DNA of 64,000 nt from an uncultured Alphaproteobacteria bacterium (lineage in GTDB: Bacteria > Pseudomonadota > Alphaproteobacteria > Rhizobiales > Xanthobacteraceae): the NCBI GenBank assembly GCA_963718925.1, contig CAVRAH010000003.1, positions 193,979 to 257,978 on the forward strand, written 5' to 3'. The translations under genes were made by a program, and so were the position numbers. The notes under the pieces were generated by a model, which was not told the DNA's origin, did no database searches, and worked only from the letters and a program-made list of their open reading frames with translations. Numbering within the stretch: position 1 is the stretch's first letter; each line of letters begins with the position of its first letter. Below are positions 60,559 through 64,000 of this stretch, piece after piece.

Positions 60559-61185
60559 ATGCGCGATTCAGTTCTGGAAAGGGCCTCTTTGGTCGCACGG
60601 CACGATTTTGACGTGCTGCCCAGAAGTGCGGAAATCGATGTGCAGCCGGCGCAGCCTTATGAGCTTTCAGCCCTTGCTGACTTGGCAAACCGACTGGTGC
60701 CCGGGGTTCGGATCACGGAACCGGACCTTGCGAAATATTTGGCGTTCGATTCAGAGAGCATTCTAACCTTCAGCCGAAAGAAGAAGCTGCTTGGAGCCGT
60801 GGCGTTCCTTTATCTCAACAGCCGAGGGCACGATGCTCTTATCCTTGACGACATGAATCTCACCCGACCCGATTTGGGACTGCTCGCAGGTCGCTCTGAA
60901 GAGGTGTCCGCTATCTACGTCTGGGCAATCGCGGGTCAGGGCAGGGCCATGGCGGGCCTGGGGAATGTTTCGGAGTATCTTTCCGGACAGCGGCTTGTCG
61001 CCGCCGATCTCTATGCTCAGCCTTCGAGTGCGGATGGACGCAATTTGATGATAGCGCTCGGGTTCGAACCAATCCCAAGCTATCAGCGCGAACTCTGGCG
61101 CTACCAGCGGCCCTGGAACCGCCTGCCACCGCATATGCCGGCATCCTTTGTCCCAGAACGGAGTGTTGCAGATGCACGGCAGTAA
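60559..61185 (+). CDS. Hypothetical protein, degenerate GNAT-like fold
   Basis: 208 aa. AGGAG Shine-Dalgarno. ..VWAIAGQGRAMAGLGNVSEYL..GRNLMIALGFEPIP resembles the GNAT motif A/B region. Divergent from the LysR gene. Confidence 0.55.
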   Translation: MRDSVLERASLVARHDFDVLPRSAEIDVQPAQPYELSALADLANRLVPGVRITEPDLAKYLAFDSESILTFSRKKKLLGAVAFLYLNSRGHDALILDDMNLTRPDLGLLAGRSEEVSAIYVWAIAGQGRAMAGLGNVSEYLSGQRLVAADLYAQPSSADGRNLMIALGFEPIPSYQRELWRYQRPWNRLPPHMPASFVPERSVADARQ

Positions 61186-61780
61186 GCCTCCATTTCCAGT
61201 GAACCCTGGCCAGCGTTCGATTTCGGTCCGCATTGCGCGTGATCCAAACGATCTCATGCTGGTGACCGCCATTCGCTCCGCCGTCTATCTGGCCGAGCAG
61301 GATTGCCCGATCGAGGAAGAGTTCGATGGCAACGATCTGGTGGCGGCGCATTTCCTTGGATTTGTCGGGGCTGAACCTGCGGGTTGCCTTCGTGTGCGCT
61401 TCTTCGGCGAATTCGCCAAGGTCGAGCGGCTGGCCGTGCGTCATCAGTTCCGGCGGTCGCGGGTTTCATTCAGGCTGGTGCAGGCCAGCGTCGATTACGT
61501 CAAGCGCAAGGGGTTCAGGAAGATCTACGGTCAGGCGCAGGACCGCCTGGTGGACTTCTGGGCGCATTTTGGCGCCAAGCCGCTAGGCCACAACCGCAAG
61601 ATCGTCTTTTCCGATTTCTCCTATACCGAAATGATCCTCGATATCGAGCCGGCCGCAGACGCCATCACCCTCGACAGCGATCCCTATGTCATCATTCGCC
61701 CGGAGGGCGATTGGGACAGGCCGGGCGTTCTGGATATTTCGGCGGGGCGCGCGGCGAAATCGCCGTTGCGCACGCTATGA
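61172..61780 (+). CDS. GNAT-family N-acetyltransferase (ElaA/YjcF-like)
   Basis: IRSAVYLAEQDCPIEEEFDGND...AKVERLAVRHQFRRSRVSFRLVQASVDYVKRKGFRKIY. Start overlaps the upstream gene by 14 nt. Confidence 0.75.
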   Translation: MHGSKPPFPVNPGQRSISVRIARDPNDLMLVTAIRSAVYLAEQDCPIEEEFDGNDLVAAHFLGFVGAEPAGCLRVRFFGEFAKVERLAVRHQFRRSRVSFRLVQASVDYVKRKGFRKIYGQAQDRLVDFWAHFGAKPLGHNRKIVFSDFSYTEMILDIEPAADAITLDSDPYVIIRPEGDWDRPGVLDISAGRAAKSPLRTL

Positions 61781-62373
61781 TTTCCGGCGAGATGCGCAAC
61801 AACAAGAAGGCGAAGCCCAGCATGCATGACGATCCGCCGATTCTGGTATGCGCCGACCTTCAGACCGAATATCTCACCGAAGGTCGCAGCCACTTCATTG
61901 CGGACGCCGGTGCCATTGTCTCGCGCTGCCAGGAACTGATGACGCTCTGGCGCAGCAATCTCTGGCCGATCATGCATCTGAAGCGGATCGCCCAGGCCGC
62001 GTGGTTCAATCCGGCATCAAACCTGACGGACTGGATTACCGACCTCAAGCCGAGGCCCGGGGAACTCGCCTTCGAGCATCCGTTGCCGTCGGCGTACAGT
62101 TCGGCGCGGTTCGCCGAATACATGTCGAACATGAGCAGCATCCGCTGCGTGCTGTTGGGATTTTCCCTCGACGAAACCATCCTGTCGACCGCCATCGACG
62201 GATTTCATCGCAGCCACCGCTATCAGGTCGTCAGCGACGCCGTCGCCTGCAGGCGTCCCGGTGTCGGCGACGCCGCTTCATACAAGCAGGCGGTCGTCAA
62301 AGTCATTGGCAACTACGCCCGAATTCAGGAGAGCTCCGATGTCATCGAAGCAAGCAGCAGAATCGCGGTATGA
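61777..62373 (+). CDS. Isochorismatase-family (cysteine hydrolase fold) protein, possibly non-canonical
   Basis: ATGA start/stop overlap with the GNAT gene. PILVCADLQTEYL and VLLGFSLDETILSTAIDG match the fold pattern. The usual Lys and Cys positions appear to be His and Thr. The 329-aa listed ORF is an upstream artefact. Confidence 0.65.
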   Translation: MISGEMRNNKKAKPSMHDDPPILVCADLQTEYLTEGRSHFIADAGAIVSRCQELMTLWRSNLWPIMHLKRIAQAAWFNPASNLTDWITDLKPRPGELAFEHPLPSAYSSARFAEYMSNMSSIRCVLLGFSLDETILSTAIDGFHRSHRYQVVSDAVACRRPGVGDAASYKQAVVKVIGNYARIQESSDVIEASSRIAV

Positions 62374-62600
62374 AGGTCGAACGTGTCGCCGCGAGCCGGC
62401 GGTTACTTCGCAAGCCGTTCGGCGAGTTCGATGAGGACGCGCCGGTCGGACGGATCCTTGATTTTCCTGAAGGCGACGACCAGCCGCAACCCTTCGACAA
62501 CGTTCAGATCGATCTGATTGTCCCGAAGCAACTGCAACAATTTGTCGCCGGGACGATCGGAGTCTTCAATGTTCACAATGAGAGCTCCAGAAGCGAGTAA
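62370..62600 (+). CDS. Candidate 76-aa ORF (mutually exclusive with the antisense candidate 62403-62576)
   Basis: ATGA overlap with the isochorismatase-like stop. Ends 3 nt before the next ATG. Uses rare codons (tta, aga, 4x caa) and is the tail of a long shadow frame. Confidence 0.25.
   Translation: MKVERVAASRRLLRKPFGEFDEDAPVGRILDFPEGDDQPQPFDNVQIDLIVPKQLQQFVAGTIGVFNVHNESSRSE
62403..62576 (-). CDS. Candidate 57-aa helical mini-protein (antisense alternative)
   Basis: My translation: VNIEDSDRPGDKLLQLLRDNQIDLNVVEGLRLVVAFRKIKDPSDRRVLIELAERLAK*. GTG start with GGAG 8 nt upstream. Better codon usage than the sense alternative. Confidence 0.35.
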   Translation of the reverse strand: MNIEDSDRPGDKLLQLLRDNQIDLNVVEGLRLVVAFRKIKDPSDRRVLIELAERLAK

Positions 62601-62603
62601 CCG

Positions 62604-62798
62604 ATGGCGAGCCCCGAAAAAGATCTCAACGAACTGGCGATCACCATTTCGACGGCGATCGAGAAAGCGCGCCAGTTAAATTTGCACACCAGCGCTTATA
62701 TTCTATCGATGGTCCTGGTGGAAGTAAGGGAGGCCAGGAAAGCCGCGGAGCTAAAGGTTGCGGGCGATGCAGTGCAATTATTTCCGCGCGGCCATTAG
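62604..62798 (+). CDS. Small hypothetical helical protein
   Basis: 64 aa. MASPEKDLNELAITISTAIEKARQLNLHTSAYILSMVLVEV... No competing ORF. Many A/T-ending codons, consistent with the lower-GC block. Confidence 0.45.
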   Translation: MASPEKDLNELAITISTAIEKARQLNLHTSAYILSMVLVEVREARKAAELKVAGDAVQLFPRGH

Positions 62799-62834
62799 GG
62801 GAATTGGCTGTACCCCGGACGGCTCGGCGCTGGG

Positions 62835-63998
62835 CTAGCGCCCGGGAGGCTGGTTTCGGTCGACCCTGACGACCCTGCCTTTTTCGATCGCGAGCGCCAG
62901 CTGGCCATGTTTCAGCGATAGCGCGGCTTCACCGAACAGTTCGCGGCGCCAGCCGTGCAGTGCGCCGACATCGGCATTGTCGTCGGCGGCGATCTGCTCG
63001 AGGTCGTCGACTGTCGCGATGACCTTGCTGGCGACGGCGTGGCGCTCTGACGTCATCCGCAGCAGAACCTTGAGAAGCTCGACGATCGCCGCACCATTCG
63101 AATTGCTCCGGGGCTTTTCGATCTTCGGCAATGTCGAGGGGTCGCGCGCGAGGCCGCGTTGCACCGCGTTGACGATATCGGCGCCCCATTTCGATCGATC
63201 GAAGCCCTTCGGCAGCGAGCGAAGGCTTGCGAGCCGTTCGAGGCTGGTTGGCGCGTGGGTGGCGATATCGCCGACCGCGTCGTCTTTCAGAACGCGGCTG
63301 CGCGGAACGTCCCGGCTCTGCGCCTCCTGTTCGCGCCACGCTGCGACTTCCATCAGCACCGCAAGTTCCTTCGGCTTGCGGACCCGCGTCTTCAGGCGCT
63401 CCCACGCGCGTTCGGGGTGGAAGTCGTAGGTCCGCGGGCTTGTCAGCACCTCCATTTCCTCGCTCACCCAGTCGCTGCGGCCGCGCTTCTTGAGATCGGC
63501 GTCCAGCGCCGCAAATACGTCGCGCAGATGGGTAACGTCGGCGACCGCGTAGTGCATTTGTTCTGTGGTCAACGGCCGGCGCGACCAGTCGGTAAAACGA
63601 TGGGTCTTGTCCGGCCGATGGCCGGTGATGCGTTCGACCAGCTGATCGTAGGCGATGGAATCGCCGTAGCCGAGCACCATGGCCGCGACCTGGGTATCGA
63701 AGATCGGGTGGGGAACGATCCCCGCCCGATGCCAGACGATCTCGATATCCTGACGGGCGGCGTGGAATACCTTGAGCACCTTCTCGTCGGCCATCAGCGC
63801 GAAAAACGGCTTGAGGTCGATGCCCTCGGCCAGGGTGTCGACGACGACCGCTTCCTCTGCGCTGGCCATCTGCACCACGCAAAGCAGCGGGTAGTAGGTT
63901 GTCTCACGCAGGAATTCGGTATCGACGGTGATGACCGGGTGCTTGGCGAGGCGGTCGCAAACAGCGGTGAGTTCGGCGGTGGTGGTAATCAGATCCAT
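62835..63998 (-). CDS. rnd: Ribonuclease D
   Basis: 387 aa. DEDD exonuclease motifs ([21 protein letters not shown]) plus HRDC-type C-terminal domains. Confidence 0.93.
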   Translation of the reverse strand: MDLITTTAELTAVCDRLAKHPVITVDTEFLRETTYYPLLCVVQMASAEEAVVVDTLAEGIDLKPFFALMADEKVLKVFHAARQDIEIVWHRAGIVPHPIFDTQVAAMVLGYGDSIAYDQLVERITGHRPDKTHRFTDWSRRPLTTEQMHYAVADVTHLRDVFAALDADLKKRGRSDWVSEEMEVLTSPRTYDFHPERAWERLKTRVRKPKELAVLMEVAAWREQEAQSRDVPRSRVLKDDAVGDIATHAPTSLERLASLRSLPKGFDRSKWGADIVNAVQRGLARDPSTLPKIEKPRSNSNGAAIVELLKVLLRMTSERHAVASKVIATVDDLEQIAADDNADVGALHGWRRELFGEAALSLKHGQLALAIEKGRVVRVDRNQPPGR

Positions 63999-64000
63999 GA

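Overview
High-GC alphaproteobacterial chromosome segment. Protein sequences and the REP-like intergenic palindromes suggest Bradyrhizobium or a related member of Nitrobacteraceae. I call about 60 protein-coding genes, nearly all conserved housekeeping backbone: der; purF-cvpA-radA; alr-dnaB; rplI-rpsR-rpsF; fabD-fabG-acpP-fabF-mltG; yicC-gmk; rsmA-pdxA-surA-lptD-lptG-lptF; pepA-holC; an ABC-F ATPase; ndk; ppx-ppk; hdaA; purM-purN; cspA; rnd. I recognised no rRNA, tRNA, CRISPR array, transposase, integrase or phage genes. Most long ORFs in the six-frame track are antisense or out-of-frame shadow ORFs typical of GC-rich DNA. Items that are not ordinary: (1) two apparent single-base frameshifts, one in the essential GTPase gene der and one in a TauE/SafE exporter gene beside a soxC-type sulfite dehydrogenase pair; (2) an AT-richer ~0.8 kb islet next to radA with a solitary HEPN-like ORF, flanked by an exact alphaproteobacterial SOS box (GTTC-N7-GTTC) and a degraded SPFH/prohibitin gene remnant; (3) a lower-GC ~3.3 kb block (59.5-62.8 kb) with a LysR regulator divergent from a tightly coupled GNAT-like / GNAT / isochorismatase-like operon plus ambiguous mini-ORFs; (4) two families of dispersed intergenic repeats; (5) a long, structured dnaB-cfa intergenic region with a likely unannotated 40-aa membrane mini-protein. 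I did not find a convincing multi-gene novel system. The HEPN islet and the LysR/GNAT block are the best candidates for follow-up, and both calls rest on reading motifs by eye.
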